A DNA stretch of 64,000 nucleotides from an uncultured Planctomycetales bacterium (GCA_964637165.1 CAZWVI010000001.1:28488-92487), one strand, 5' to 3'. Numbered from the stretch's first letter, positions 1 through 9,382 are shown. Numbers and translations are program-made. The notes: generated from the sequence alone by a model not told the origin.

Positions 1-1
1 C

Positions 2-766
2 CTTGGTGCGCCACCAACATACTGGTTAGCCAACAACAATCTGACCGATCCTATATGGGCACCAACCAAAGCGCCGTCGATTGCGATGCCTCTACTGGCG
101 CGCTTTAGAACTTACCCACGGTCAACCGGAAACGAGTTCGGTTCAAACACCTTCCAGGTAACTCAAATGGTTGCTAGTTCACAGTTGCCGGCATTTAGAG
201 TGTTCTCTGCTGGGGGACTAGACTCTGCTGGAGATTGGCACTTTGTGATTCCAGATGATCCAGACACCGGTGGAACCATGCCAGTTGGCGGCTACGCAGC
301 CGGACAAAAGACTTCCGCATTTGACACCTTCGTTTATTGGAGTGAAATCGATTTTGTGGTGCGCGTCTCACGAGTGTTTACTCACTGGTTTGACATGAGC
401 GTGGCACTTCCAACTGGCGGCGCGATTGGCGTTTTGTTGGAGCCTGAAAATTCAAACCAGCCAACCGGTACTTATGTCACGGTTGAATTACGCGGAGCGG
501 AGCAGGTCGCACATGGTGGCGACCCAACTCAGCAGCCATCACCTCTCACTGACGCTGCAACAGACTTCAATGACTTTGCAGAGTACTCTGCTGCGGGCAA
601 CGGTGATGTTAGTTCACCTTCGGAGTGGACAACAAATTTTGCCGATCTTGAAGCGCAGAATTACCGCTACTTTCAAGTACGTTTAACTTTTGTCAATAAC
701 ACTACACAAGGAACTGAGCCGTCAATGGATGGTCTTGGAATCGCATGGAAGTGGTCAACCCTCTAA
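2..766 (+). CDS. 3' end of a giant secreted/lipoprotein-family gene (5'-truncated by the window edge); carries the family's conserved C-terminal domain
   Basis: Frame 2 is open from nt 2. The residues before the first Met at 86 (LTDPIWAPTKAPSIA) still align with the next paralog (GLDKIWGPEEHRSIGVPLLARFRCYP vs LTDPIWAPTKAPSIAMPLLARFRTYP). The whole 226 aa aligns with the last ~230 aa of the 778..3948 product. Confidence 0.8.
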   Translation, partial: LGAPPTYWLANNNLTDPIWAPTKAPSIAMPLLARFRTYPRSTGNEFGSNTFQVTQMVASSQLPAFRVFSAGGLDSAGDWHFVIPDDPDTGGTMPVGGYAAGQKTSAFDTFVYWSEIDFVVRVSRVFTHWFDMSVALPTGGAIGVLLEPENSNQPTGTYVTVELRGAEQVAHGGDPTQQPSPLTDAATDFNDFAEYSAAGNGDVSSPSEWTTNFADLEAQNYRYFQVRLTFVNNTTQGTEPSMDGLGIAWKWSTL

Positions 767-777
767 TAAAAAAGTAA

Positions 778-3700
778 ATGTTTAACCCACAATCCCGCTC
801 AACTAATAAAGGTACTCCCCGGTCCTTCGGTTCGCGGCTGTGTGTTGTTTCGCTCCTAATTTTTAGTTCTTGCTTTGGTGGAGCCTCTCCATCAAATTCC
901 GCAGGAACTGGTCGTAGTACCCTCTTCTTGGAGAATGTCGAATGGGGCCGCCTCGTCGATGTTCTTGATAGTAATGGCGTAATCGTTGAAACCGACGTGT
1001 TAATCCGTGAAAGCTTGCAAGATCAATTGGGCTTCTACTCACTCGGCTTAAACCCGCTAACGCAATCGGAAATCCTCACTATCGAACGCAGTTCGAGTGA
1101 TTCTGAATTCCAACAGTTGTTAGATGCCGCCCAAGTTGGTCGTTCATCGGTTGCAACCAAGGGATTGGATGGCGCGCCGCCATTTTCACTGGTCGCGAGA
1201 AATGGAGCCATGCGACTTCAGTTTTCGGAAATCCTCGATCCAGATTCAGTTAATCGTGACACCATTCAGATTGCCTTTGGCGATCCACCGACTGGCGCGC
1301 AACAGGTGCGCTACATTGTTGATAACGATGTGATTGGTGCTGACGGTAAACCGAAAGGCGTGGTGATTGTCGACCCAACGGTGTCTCGTTTTGACTCAGC
1401 AAATTTGGGTATTTCACAAAACGGAACTGGCTTTCCTGAATCATTCGACTCGGAAAGTCCAAATATTGACATGCGCATTCCAACCGTGATTGACCCGGTC
1501 GAGGGACAATTCGAAGTGTTGCGCAACTTGGCTGGCAATCAAAGTATTTCGCCAACTACATCGGATCCTCTTGAGTACACCCAACTTGGCAACAACCCGG
1601 TAATTGTGCGGGCATTTAGGTCTGGTAATTCAAGTGACCCATATAACGGCTTCATGATTGACAATAGCCGTCCGGAAATGGTGGGGGAGTTTGAAACTTC
1701 AATCACTTCAATTCAAGAGGCCAGCTTTGATCCAAATCTGCTAACCGTAGAATATTCATTGGACGCCGTTTTTTGTCGTGATGTCACCCCTAAACTGGGT
1801 GATGTTTTCGAGCTGGATGGCAATTTGATTTTGGTGTCACGTATCGAAGACGCGAGTCGTCCTGAAAATTACATTATTTCAGGCTCTGAAATTGGCGGCA
1901 CTTCGGTACCGCGGGGAGATTTTTCAGCCGACCCGCTTGGTGCAAGTTTGACCACTAGCTATGGTTCAGCCGATGCGCAATTCCAGCTCTGCTTTGTCCG
2001 TTTTGATCCCGAGCCAGAGTTCGGACTTCCAGCACGAGGCATTGATCCAATGTCAACATTGACCTTGCGCTTTAACGAACCAATTGATGTCGCAACGGTA
2101 AAAGCATTAGAGTCTTTTCTTTGTGTTTCATACTTAGTCTCACCTGTCCAGCCAAATGGATCCTCAAGTCAGGAAGAAATTGACGCGTGGCCAGCTCGCC
2201 AATTCGGCTATCCAAACCCAGAAACCGTCGCTAGCTACATTGACCGCCAAAGTGGCTATCAACTTTCGGGATCCGGTAGTGGCCGAATTAAATTCGGAAC
2301 GGTTATCGCGTCCCCAGATGGACGGGAATACACCTTGGTGCCGAGTTTCGGAATCACCGACTCTCATGACGATGGCGGAAATCTGCGAATTGCTGTTGCT
2401 GTTCGTGACGGCTCAGACGGAATTCTTGACCTCGCTGGAAACCAACTCAACCTGAATGCCTTTGTTGCGGGCAATCAAGGTCAAGATGAGTTAGTTACAC
2501 CTGGCCCAACCAACCCCTGGCCAAGAGACCGCTACTTCTCTCTGCGCTTTAACAGCACTGACGAAAACGGTGATGGCCTAGCGGAATTCGCTGGCCAATT
2601 TGATTTTTCAAACCCTGGCGAAATGGCCGGCCGAGATGTCGCACGTTTTCCACGCCAAGCCGACCTGTCAAACGCCTACGTTGCTCAGCGCATCGCCTTT
2701 AGTCAAGGTTTGATGACCCCGCTGACCCCAGCTGGCGCAGTCTTGCATACATGTTGGCCTTACCACTTACTTGGCTTTGGGCTGTTCACAGTTTCGGAAT
2801 TGAACGTTGACATTGAAGGCATGAACTGGGCACCTTTTGGTGGCACGGTTTTTGACGATTTGTTCTTCCGTTATTCGTTGGCTCTTTCTCACTGTGAGCG
2901 AACACCTGACGACTTGATTGATACTCAGTCAGGCTATCCCGCCTACAAAAACTCAGGTCTTCAAAGAAATAAAGACTTTGATGAGAACGTTCTCGGTTGG
3001 ACCCCAACCAACACCGAGCATGACGAAGTAGTTGTGGCGGACAGTCAGTACAATATTTCTGCTGGTAATGTTTTTGAAGCCACAAGTGGTACCAAGATGA
3101 TGCCGTGGATGGACTTTGATACCACCTACACTTGGCGCGACACCAATATTTCTCAGTACGGTACTCTTGATGGGGCCGGATTCATGGGGGGTAAAAGTGG
3201 CGGCTTCCTGAACCCAGAGGTGACTGGTCTCGACAAAATTTGGGGACCGGAAGAGCACCGTTCAATTGGTGTTCCTCTGCTTGCGCGTTTCCGCTGTTAC
3301 CCGAAAGGTGAAAAATTTGGAACCAACGGTTTCCAAGTTCAGATTATGGTTGGCTCGTCAGCCTTGCCAGCTTTCCGTGTTTATTCGGCAGGCGGACGTG
3401 ATAGTTCAGGTACTTGGCACCAAGTTATTCCTGATGATCCAGGCGCTGATGGTACTTACCCAGGTGGTGGATTTAACACCAGCACCGGTGTTGGCACCAA
3501 AGCCTATGGTCCAGAACTCTACTGGCATCAATTTGACTTCGTTGTTCGTATTTCCCGAGTGTATACCCACTGGTTCGCATTTGGCGGCGACCCTATTCAA
3601 ATTAGTGGTGTAACAATGGAGCCTCGCCCAGAATTTCAACCACTTGGCACCGAAATAGTAGTTGAATTCCGCGGCTCGGCCGACGTAAACACTACCAACT

Positions 3701-3948
3701 GTGACCCGAACGACATCTTAAATGATGCAAACGTTCTGGACCTGTACGGAGATAAATATGAATTCCCAGAGGGATGTGGCGTGGTCGCTACACCAACTGG
3801 TTGGAATTCTGATGTCTCCCATCTGCTCAACCATTCGAGCGGTCAAAAATTCGACTTCTTCCAAATTCGAATGACATTCGTCTCCAACATTGAAATGGAA
3901 ATTAAGCCGGTGCTGGATGGCCTGGGCTTTGCATGGAGCGTTGATTGA
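778..3948 (+). CDS. Giant predicted lipoprotein (1056 aa) with SbsA/Big_5-like Ig repeats and the conserved C-terminal domain; function unknown
   Basis: ATG start. N-terminal signal with a Cys lipobox-like site (VVSLLIFSSC). Ig-like repeat signatures are present (MRLQFSEILDPDSVNRDTIQIAF; LTLRFNEPIDVATVKAL). The C-terminal ~230 aa are paralogous to ORF 2..766 (PLLARFRCYP...FQVQIMVGSSALPAFRVYSAGG...VIPDDP...FFQIRMTFVSN). Confidence 0.85.
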   Translation: MFNPQSRSTNKGTPRSFGSRLCVVSLLIFSSCFGGASPSNSAGTGRSTLFLENVEWGRLVDVLDSNGVIVETDVLIRESLQDQLGFYSLGLNPLTQSEILTIERSSSDSEFQQLLDAAQVGRSSVATKGLDGAPPFSLVARNGAMRLQFSEILDPDSVNRDTIQIAFGDPPTGAQQVRYIVDNDVIGADGKPKGVVIVDPTVSRFDSANLGISQNGTGFPESFDSESPNIDMRIPTVIDPVEGQFEVLRNLAGNQSISPTTSDPLEYTQLGNNPVIVRAFRSGNSSDPYNGFMIDNSRPEMVGEFETSITSIQEASFDPNLLTVEYSLDAVFCRDVTPKLGDVFELDGNLILVSRIEDASRPENYIISGSEIGGTSVPRGDFSADPLGASLTTSYGSADAQFQLCFVRFDPEPEFGLPARGIDPMSTLTLRFNEPIDVATVKALESFLCVSYLVSPVQPNGSSSQEEIDAWPARQFGYPNPETVASYIDRQSGYQLSGSGSGRIKFGTVIASPDGREYTLVPSFGITDSHDDGGNLRIAVAVRDGSDGILDLAGNQLNLNAFVAGNQGQDELVTPGPTNPWPRDRYFSLRFNSTDENGDGLAEFAGQFDFSNPGEMAGRDVARFPRQADLSNAYVAQRIAFSQGLMTPLTPAGAVLHTCWPYHLLGFGLFTVSELNVDIEGMNWAPFGGTVFDDLFFRYSLALSHCERTPDDLIDTQSGYPAYKNSGLQRNKDFDENVLGWTPTNTEHDEVVVADSQYNISAGNVFEATSGTKMMPWMDFDTTYTWRDTNISQYGTLDGAGFMGGKSGGFLNPEVTGLDKIWGPEEHRSIGVPLLARFRCYPKGEKFGTNGFQVQIMVGSSALPAFRVYSAGGRDSSGTWHQVIPDDPGADGTYPGGGFNTSTGVGTKAYGPELYWHQFDFVVRISRVYTHWFAFGGDPIQISGVTMEPRPEFQPLGTEIVVEFRGSADVNTTNCDPNDILNDANVLDLYGDKYEFPEGCGVVATPTGWNSDVSHLLNHSSGQKFDFFQIRMTFVSNIEMEIKPVLDGLGFAWSVD

Positions 3949-3962
3949 CACTACCCCCCGCG

Positions 3963-6900
3963 ATGACAAACAAAAACCTCACCTCGCGCCTAGCGCTTTT
4001 CCTTCCACTTGCTTTTCTTGCCGGATGTTTCGGTTCTGCTGATGGTGGCACCAACGCTAGCAATTACTCTGGCAACTTCGAGTTCGTTTCCGCAAACATT
4101 TCCGATGGAGATGTTTGGGAGCTAAACCGACCAATTGTTTTAACCTTCAATCACCCAGTTGATCCATCATCAATGGGATTCGGCTCGATCCGATTGCGCG
4201 CACTTGATAGTGCGGTGGTTGGTAATCCAGTAACAGGGAGCTTTGAAATCCTCGCCGGAACTCAAGGTGTAGCAGTGGCCTTCAGGCCCAGTTGTCCGAC
4301 TAATTTCGACAACTCTAACGGGGCATTTGTTCCTGGTGGGTATGACTATGAAATTAGTTTGCCAACAGCTGACAATTTCGGTGCCTCAACATTGCGCGAC
4401 ACCGATGGCCGTGGTTTGCAAGTCGGCATGACTCGAACCTTTCGTTCGCCAATCGATCCAGTTGAACCACTTTTCATTGATACCAAAGCTGGTCCAGTTG
4501 TTCTGGATACATCTATTAGCGCGCCGACAGGTTTAAACTTGTTCACCGACCCAGACCCGGTAATTGAAATCCTTTTCGACCAGCCCATTAATGCGGACGA
4601 ATCAAACTTGAGCGCTAGTCTGGTGCGTCTGGTGTACTCCGATGGTGAAATTGGTTCTGGTCAAGAACTAAGTTTCAATGACGCGAATGTAGTCCCTGGT
4701 AATGTTGTGCTTAATAATAACTGTACTGCAACTGGCGCCAGTGTCTACTACCTAGTGTCTGGCGTTTTATTGCCAAATCGCAATTACCGAATTGAGTTGG
4801 AGGCAGCATTTGAGGATCTGTCAGGTCAAACCAACTCACAAGAACAAGTGTCCTCTGCGTTCGCGTCCCCATCTTTGGATAGCTATTACGCAAGCACTGG
4901 CGGCTTTGCTGATAGTAACGACCAAAGCTATGACGAAGTGCGAGATTTCTTCGCCGACTCAACATTGCTTGACAACAACGCTGAGCTTGCATTCCCGACC
5001 GCCGATTTCGGATTTGGTGGCATCACTGCGGCCTTTGACTTCCCCGGCAACCAAGTTGATTCAAGTCAAGACCTATACGTTGCACCTTTCCAAACTTTGG
5101 AATTGAATACAACTGGTACTTACATTTTTACCGATTCCAACGGACGTGAATTCGTCATGCAAGATGGAGTGCTGGAACTCGATGACATTTTGGTTGACGA
5201 CTCAGCTTACTTGCGTGGTTACGGTGACAATCCACTGATCATTTACGCAACTGGTGAAGCCAACATTCGGGGCGTACTTGACGTCAGCGGTGACAACTCA
5301 CAAACACCTCCGGCAATTACATTCCCATACATTCCTGAGCCTGGCGCGGCCGGCCAGTGTGGTGGTGGAGATGGTGGCGATGCATCGGCAGAAACCGAAA
5401 TGGAAACCTTGCGCGCTGGTCGTGGTGAAGGAGCCTTTGGTTTAGGTATTGGCGGCGGCGGCGGCGAAGGCTCTGTTACTTGGTACGTTGACGATCCGAA
5501 CAATAACTGGAACCCTTATTACCCAGTCATGGAAGCTGAAATTGCAGCCGGTGGAGCGGGCGGTACTTTCGCCATGACTCCAAACGTCGCAGTGACTTGG
5601 GCACTATGGGATGGCGATTCCAACCCGAGTGCTTTTGACGATGCCGGTCCTGACTTGCGCGTTGACCGCCACACTGTTTTTGATGCAGGTGGTGGAGTGA
5701 TTGATGCCGCTGAGGTTGCAGCTTGGTTTACCGGTGGAGAAGATGGCTTGCGAGGAAATTCTTGGCGCCAAAACAACACCAACGAACCTCCGGGAAGCGC
5801 AACCCAACCATTTGGCCAGTACGGTGGATACGGCATGGAAGACCTGGAACGGGACGAGGATGCCGGAGACTTCAACAGCCTCGATCCAGCTTGGATTACC
5901 AATGGACCAACATCGGCTGACCCACAGCCGGCATTTGGTTTTGGGCACCCAACTAATGGTGCTGATCAAGGCTATACAAATACTAGTGTTTTTGCAGTTA
6001 CAGCATCAACCAACGATGATTTCTGGGGCAGTCGTTATAACGGCTTCGATAGTCCGCCATCCTTGGTGCTCGGCGAACTTGCCAGCCCTTGGGCAGGCGT
6101 TGGTGGTGGAGGATCAGGTGATTCCTCAGTTGTTGTTCGAGTCGATGTCGACTCGGACAGTTTCCTCGAGCCAATCTCAGATTTCTTCCCAGACCCTGAC
6201 TTCCCAAACCTAACTACCCTGGATTACTTTAAGGGTGCTGCTGGTGGCGGTGGTGGAGGTCAACTTCAATTGATGAGCATCGGACCAATTATCCTTGGCA
6301 CCAATGCGCGCATCCTGGCCAATGGTGGCTCAGGTGCTGGCGGCGAAAGTGATTGGTCCTTAACCACTCAAGTATCTGGTTCTGGCGGTGGCTCTGGAGG
6401 ACACATTATTTTGAACTCGGCATCCGGTTTGGATCTGTCGGCTTTAGACCTTGGCGCAAACCCCGAAGCTGCTGCATCGCTTGATATGATTCAAGCAATT
6501 GGTGGTCGTCGTGGTTGGTCAGGCTCTGAACTAATCACCACTTCCGGTGGTGGTGAGGGAGATGGAAACTCTGACTTTATGATTGGCCGCGGTGGGGCTG
6601 GTGGTAACGGAGTGGTACAAATCCACTTACCTGAACCATTGTCTGACATCGGCTGGCACTTGAATTCATCTGCTGGCGCGGCCGATTACATGACTCACTC
6701 AAACTTAGCTGGTGCAGTTGATACCGACCGAGTGGAAGATCTTTTGGATAAGATTTGTGAGCCACGTCCCTACGCTTTGATTCCGGTCTACTCACCTAAA
6801 ACCCAAATTCAAACCCGTTGGTTTGATACTGGTCTTGCAGGTGCGCGCGCTCCGGCGAACGCCGTTGGGCCATGGCCAGCATTTGGTAATGCTGTGCAAT

Positions 6901-7520
6901 TTTTTGCTGGAACTGACCCGGTAACAGGAAGTGTGCTTAGCACCGGCGAAGTTGTTGACGCCGGAAGTTCCGTCGCAACGGGCAGTACTGTCAATGCCTT
7001 GATTACAAGTAACGAAGTTTACATCTACAGTGCATCGGCCTTAGCAAACCCCTTTGCCGGACAGTTGCTAACAAATCCAGCGCTTTTGATTGGATACGAC
7101 TTCTTGCCGGATTCCACCGGTAGCTCCGTGTTTGAAATTTCTGATGCAAGCTACAACGTAAGCTCGGACGTCTTAACGCTGACAACAGCCTCGACCGATG
7201 GAGATTTGACTGCCGCCCTAAACGGGTCAAACCCAGTTTGGCAAGTGCGCCAAAAATTCTTCCGACTTTCTACCAGCGGCTTCCGAGATCGCTTACCAAA
7301 CCAGTCTGATGTAATGTTTGAATTCCAGGGAGCAAGTGACCAAGATGATCCAGGAAGCTTCACTAGTTGGACTACAGACCCAGCCAATGGTGCTGTTCTT
7401 GATGGTTCAAGGTTTATTAGAATGCGGATTACCTTCGACATCAACGCTGGTCTTGGTGCGCTTGGACTGGGCAACGAACGCCCATCATTGGAGTACTACA
7501 AGTTGCCATTCGGCTTCTAG
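3963..7520 (+). CDS. Giant predicted lipoprotein (~1185 aa) with an Ig-like N-terminus and a poly-glycine-rich (beta-helix-like) core; function unknown
   Basis: The track ORF starts at TTG 3945. The in-frame ATG at 3963 gives a clean lipoprotein signal (MTNKNLTSRLALFLPLAFLAGC). SbsA-Ig-like motif present (NRPIVLTFNHPVDPSSM). Repeated G-runs occur (GIGGGGGEGS, AAGGGGGGQLQL, GSGGGSGGHIILNS, GRGGAGGNGVVQIHLP). The C-terminal FIRMRITFDIN segment resembles the FQIRMTF/FQVRLTF motif of its neighbours. Confidence 0.85.
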   Translation: MTNKNLTSRLALFLPLAFLAGCFGSADGGTNASNYSGNFEFVSANISDGDVWELNRPIVLTFNHPVDPSSMGFGSIRLRALDSAVVGNPVTGSFEILAGTQGVAVAFRPSCPTNFDNSNGAFVPGGYDYEISLPTADNFGASTLRDTDGRGLQVGMTRTFRSPIDPVEPLFIDTKAGPVVLDTSISAPTGLNLFTDPDPVIEILFDQPINADESNLSASLVRLVYSDGEIGSGQELSFNDANVVPGNVVLNNNCTATGASVYYLVSGVLLPNRNYRIELEAAFEDLSGQTNSQEQVSSAFASPSLDSYYASTGGFADSNDQSYDEVRDFFADSTLLDNNAELAFPTADFGFGGITAAFDFPGNQVDSSQDLYVAPFQTLELNTTGTYIFTDSNGREFVMQDGVLELDDILVDDSAYLRGYGDNPLIIYATGEANIRGVLDVSGDNSQTPPAITFPYIPEPGAAGQCGGGDGGDASAETEMETLRAGRGEGAFGLGIGGGGGEGSVTWYVDDPNNNWNPYYPVMEAEIAAGGAGGTFAMTPNVAVTWALWDGDSNPSAFDDAGPDLRVDRHTVFDAGGGVIDAAEVAAWFTGGEDGLRGNSWRQNNTNEPPGSATQPFGQYGGYGMEDLERDEDAGDFNSLDPAWITNGPTSADPQPAFGFGHPTNGADQGYTNTSVFAVTASTNDDFWGSRYNGFDSPPSLVLGELASPWAGVGGGGSGDSSVVVRVDVDSDSFLEPISDFFPDPDFPNLTTLDYFKGAAGGGGGGQLQLMSIGPIILGTNARILANGGSGAGGESDWSLTTQVSGSGGGSGGHIILNSASGLDLSALDLGANPEAAASLDMIQAIGGRRGWSGSELITTSGGGEGDGNSDFMIGRGGAGGNGVVQIHLPEPLSDIGWHLNSSAGAADYMTHSNLAGAVDTDRVEDLLDKICEPRPYALIPVYSPKTQIQTRWFDTGLAGARAPANAVGPWPAFGNAVQFFAGTDPVTGSVLSTGEVVDAGSSVATGSTVNALITSNEVYIYSASALANPFAGQLLTNPALLIGYDFLPDSTGSSVFEISDASYNVSSDVLTLTTASTDGDLTAALNGSNPVWQVRQKFFRLSTSGFRDRLPNQSDVMFEFQGASDQDDPGSFTSWTTDPANGAVLDGSRFIRMRITFDINAGLGALGLGNERPSLEYYKLPFGF

Positions 7521-7523
7521 AAC

Positions 7524-8378
7524 TTGCTTGGTTCGAACTTAATTACGGCGAGAATTCTAAGGAGTTCTCGCCGTTGTCTGTTTTTTGGGGTCGTTCTTTG
7601 GAGCGGGGGATTCACAAGTTGTACGCCTGCAAGTCCCCAAGAATTAACCGTTGCAACGTGGAGTGCGTCTGACGCTGCAGCAATTTCTTTAGAGCAAACT
7701 TTGCGAGTTGAATTCTCTAGCCAGCTGTCACCCCAAGTTAGGCAAGCGTCGATAGCGATTGAAGATACTCGCGGTTTAGCGGTCGGTGATTACCAAATAG
7801 ATGTTGCTGGCACTTACTTAAGCTTAATTCCGACTCTTCCCAAAAAAGTTGATTGTTCTGATAGTGGTTTTCCACCAGGACAAGAATTGCGCTTAAGACT
7901 ACGCGGCTTGCCAAGCTTGGCTGCACTTAGTTCTACCGATGGCGCAGTTTTGCATGATGATGTTGTTTTGCTTTTTCGCACTTTAGATGTTGAGGAACCT
8001 GAAGCATTATCAGGATTTGTCGGCGGTGATAATTTTTTTCATATAACTACGCTCGGCGATGTCGGTCGTCAAATACTGATTCCCGAGAATGGATTTTTGA
8101 AAATATCATTTTCTCATCCAATCGACCCACGCAGCATTAACGCGCCCGCAAAATTGAAAATTGCTGGGGATAATTCCGAGAAGTTAGTTCACTTAGTCGT
8201 AGAGCAAAACGCACGGGACGGCTCCCAGGTAAGCGCTGAAATCGGCGAATTGTCCAAGTGGGCAGTCTTGGAATTGCCAGAGTCCTTGCAAAGTTTTGGT
8301 GGCTTTCAATTGCCGCCAGGGCAAAATCAATTGCGAATTGCGCCGCGCGCTCAGCAAAGTTTGGAAAAAAACCGCTAA
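7524..8378 (+). CDS. Predicted lipoprotein (284 aa) with Ig-like (SbsA/Big_5-type) repeats; function unknown
   Basis: TTG start 4 nt after the previous stop. Signal plus lipobox-like site (FFGVVLWSGGFTSC). Ig-repeat signatures present (LRVEFSSQLSPQ; LKISFSHPIDPRSINAP). The exact start is uncertain. Confidence 0.65.
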   Translation: MLGSNLITARILRSSRRCLFFGVVLWSGGFTSCTPASPQELTVATWSASDAAAISLEQTLRVEFSSQLSPQVRQASIAIEDTRGLAVGDYQIDVAGTYLSLIPTLPKKVDCSDSGFPPGQELRLRLRGLPSLAALSSTDGAVLHDDVVLLFRTLDVEEPEALSGFVGGDNFFHITTLGDVGRQILIPENGFLKISFSHPIDPRSINAPAKLKIAGDNSEKLVHLVVEQNARDGSQVSAEIGELSKWAVLELPESLQSFGGFQLPPGQNQLRIAPRAQQSLEKNR

Positions 8379-8395
8379 TACAGCACAATCCCTTT

Positions 8396-9382
8396 ATGGA
8401 TTGGTGGCAAAGCCTGCTGGATAGTGAGTCGATTTATTTCGGCATGCTCCTAATATTAGGGGCCATGGCTGGTTCATTTTCTTCGGCGGCGATATTCCGT
8501 CTGCCTAAAGAAGATATGACCATGACTAAGCCACGCCGTTCAAAATGTACGAATTGTGGTTATCAACTGCGATGGTTTGACAATTTGCCGATTTTAAGTT
8601 TCATAATGCTCGGCGGTAAATGTCGCAGTTGCAAGCAGCAATTTGGCTTTGCATATTTGTTCAATGAGGTCTTGTTGGCCGGGGTCTTCTGCTGGGTCGG
8701 ATTGAATAGTTGGGCTCTTGAGGCCGGTCCCACCGCATTACTGATAGTGTTGGTGGTAATTACAGCTCTTTGGATTGCCACGGTTATTGATTGGCAGCAC
8801 TTTATTTTGCCGGATGAAATCACTTTGGGAGGGCTACCTTTCGCCTTGCTGGCCTCGGTATTGGTGCCGCAACTTCATACATGGGCGGGAGATGGGCTGC
8901 CGTTTGGGGTTTCGTTGCTCGGTTTTGACCATCAAACTGCCATCTGGAAAGTGGGCTTGGCCTCCTCTTTGATTGGATCTAGCACTTCTTTTGCTTTGCT
9001 ATTTGGAATTAGAGCCCTGTTTTCTTATCTTCTAGGGCAAGAAGCACTAGGCTTCGGCGATGTCAAGTACATGGCATCGGTGGGCGCACTGCTTGGAATA
9101 GAAGGTTCCTTGTGGGTGCTCTTGGTGGGCGTAGCCGCTGGCGCCATTCTTGGCGTGGTTAATGTCCTCCGCATGATCTTTGTAGTACGAGCTCGCAGGG
9201 TGCTAAGACGGCGTAAAAAATGCCGGATTGGTTCAATGTATTTGGGCTGGCTTTTGGGGCGCCAAATACCATTTGGACCGCCACTTGTGTTGGGCACAAT
9301 CCTCGTATTACTGTTTCCTCTCGCAACTCGCAGTTTCTTCCTTGAAACATGGCCTGCCTTTCTGCGAGACTGCCTCTACTGA
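8396..9382 (+). CDS. Prepilin peptidase (A24 family, PilD/GspO-like)
   Basis: Starting at ATG 8396 (MDWWQSLL...) removes the overlap with the upstream gene. N-terminal zinc-ribbon cysteines are present (CTNCGYQL...GGKCRSCKQ). Both catalytic Asp motifs are present (ILPDEITLGG and GFGDVKYMASVGALLG). The protein is polytopic. Confidence 0.9.
   Translation: MDWWQSLLDSESIYFGMLLILGAMAGSFSSAAIFRLPKEDMTMTKPRRSKCTNCGYQLRWFDNLPILSFIMLGGKCRSCKQQFGFAYLFNEVLLAGVFCWVGLNSWALEAGPTALLIVLVVITALWIATVIDWQHFILPDEITLGGLPFALLASVLVPQLHTWAGDGLPFGVSLLGFDHQTAIWKVGLASSLIGSSTSFALLFGIRALFSYLLGQEALGFGDVKYMASVGALLGIEGSLWVLLVGVAAGAILGVVNVLRMIFVVRARRVLRRRKKCRIGSMYLGWLLGRQIPFGPPLVLGTILVLLFPLATRSFFLETWPAFLRDCLY

Noticed and set aside
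5451-5465. (GGC)n tandem repeats (also 16222-16238), considered as a possible CRISPR, VNTR or non-coding repeat
   Set aside because: They are in-frame poly-Gly codons inside long CDSs, with no spacer/repeat architecture. They are kept only as a possible in-frame length-variation site under the poly-glycine finding.
5243-5969. Several 85-127-aa minus-strand ORFs with P/A/S-rich products under the glycine-rich core of the giant lipoprotein. The same pattern occurs at 16072-16993.
   Set aside because: These are the reverse complement of GGN-rich coding sequence, which reads as NCC (Pro/Ala/Ser) and stays open by composition alone.
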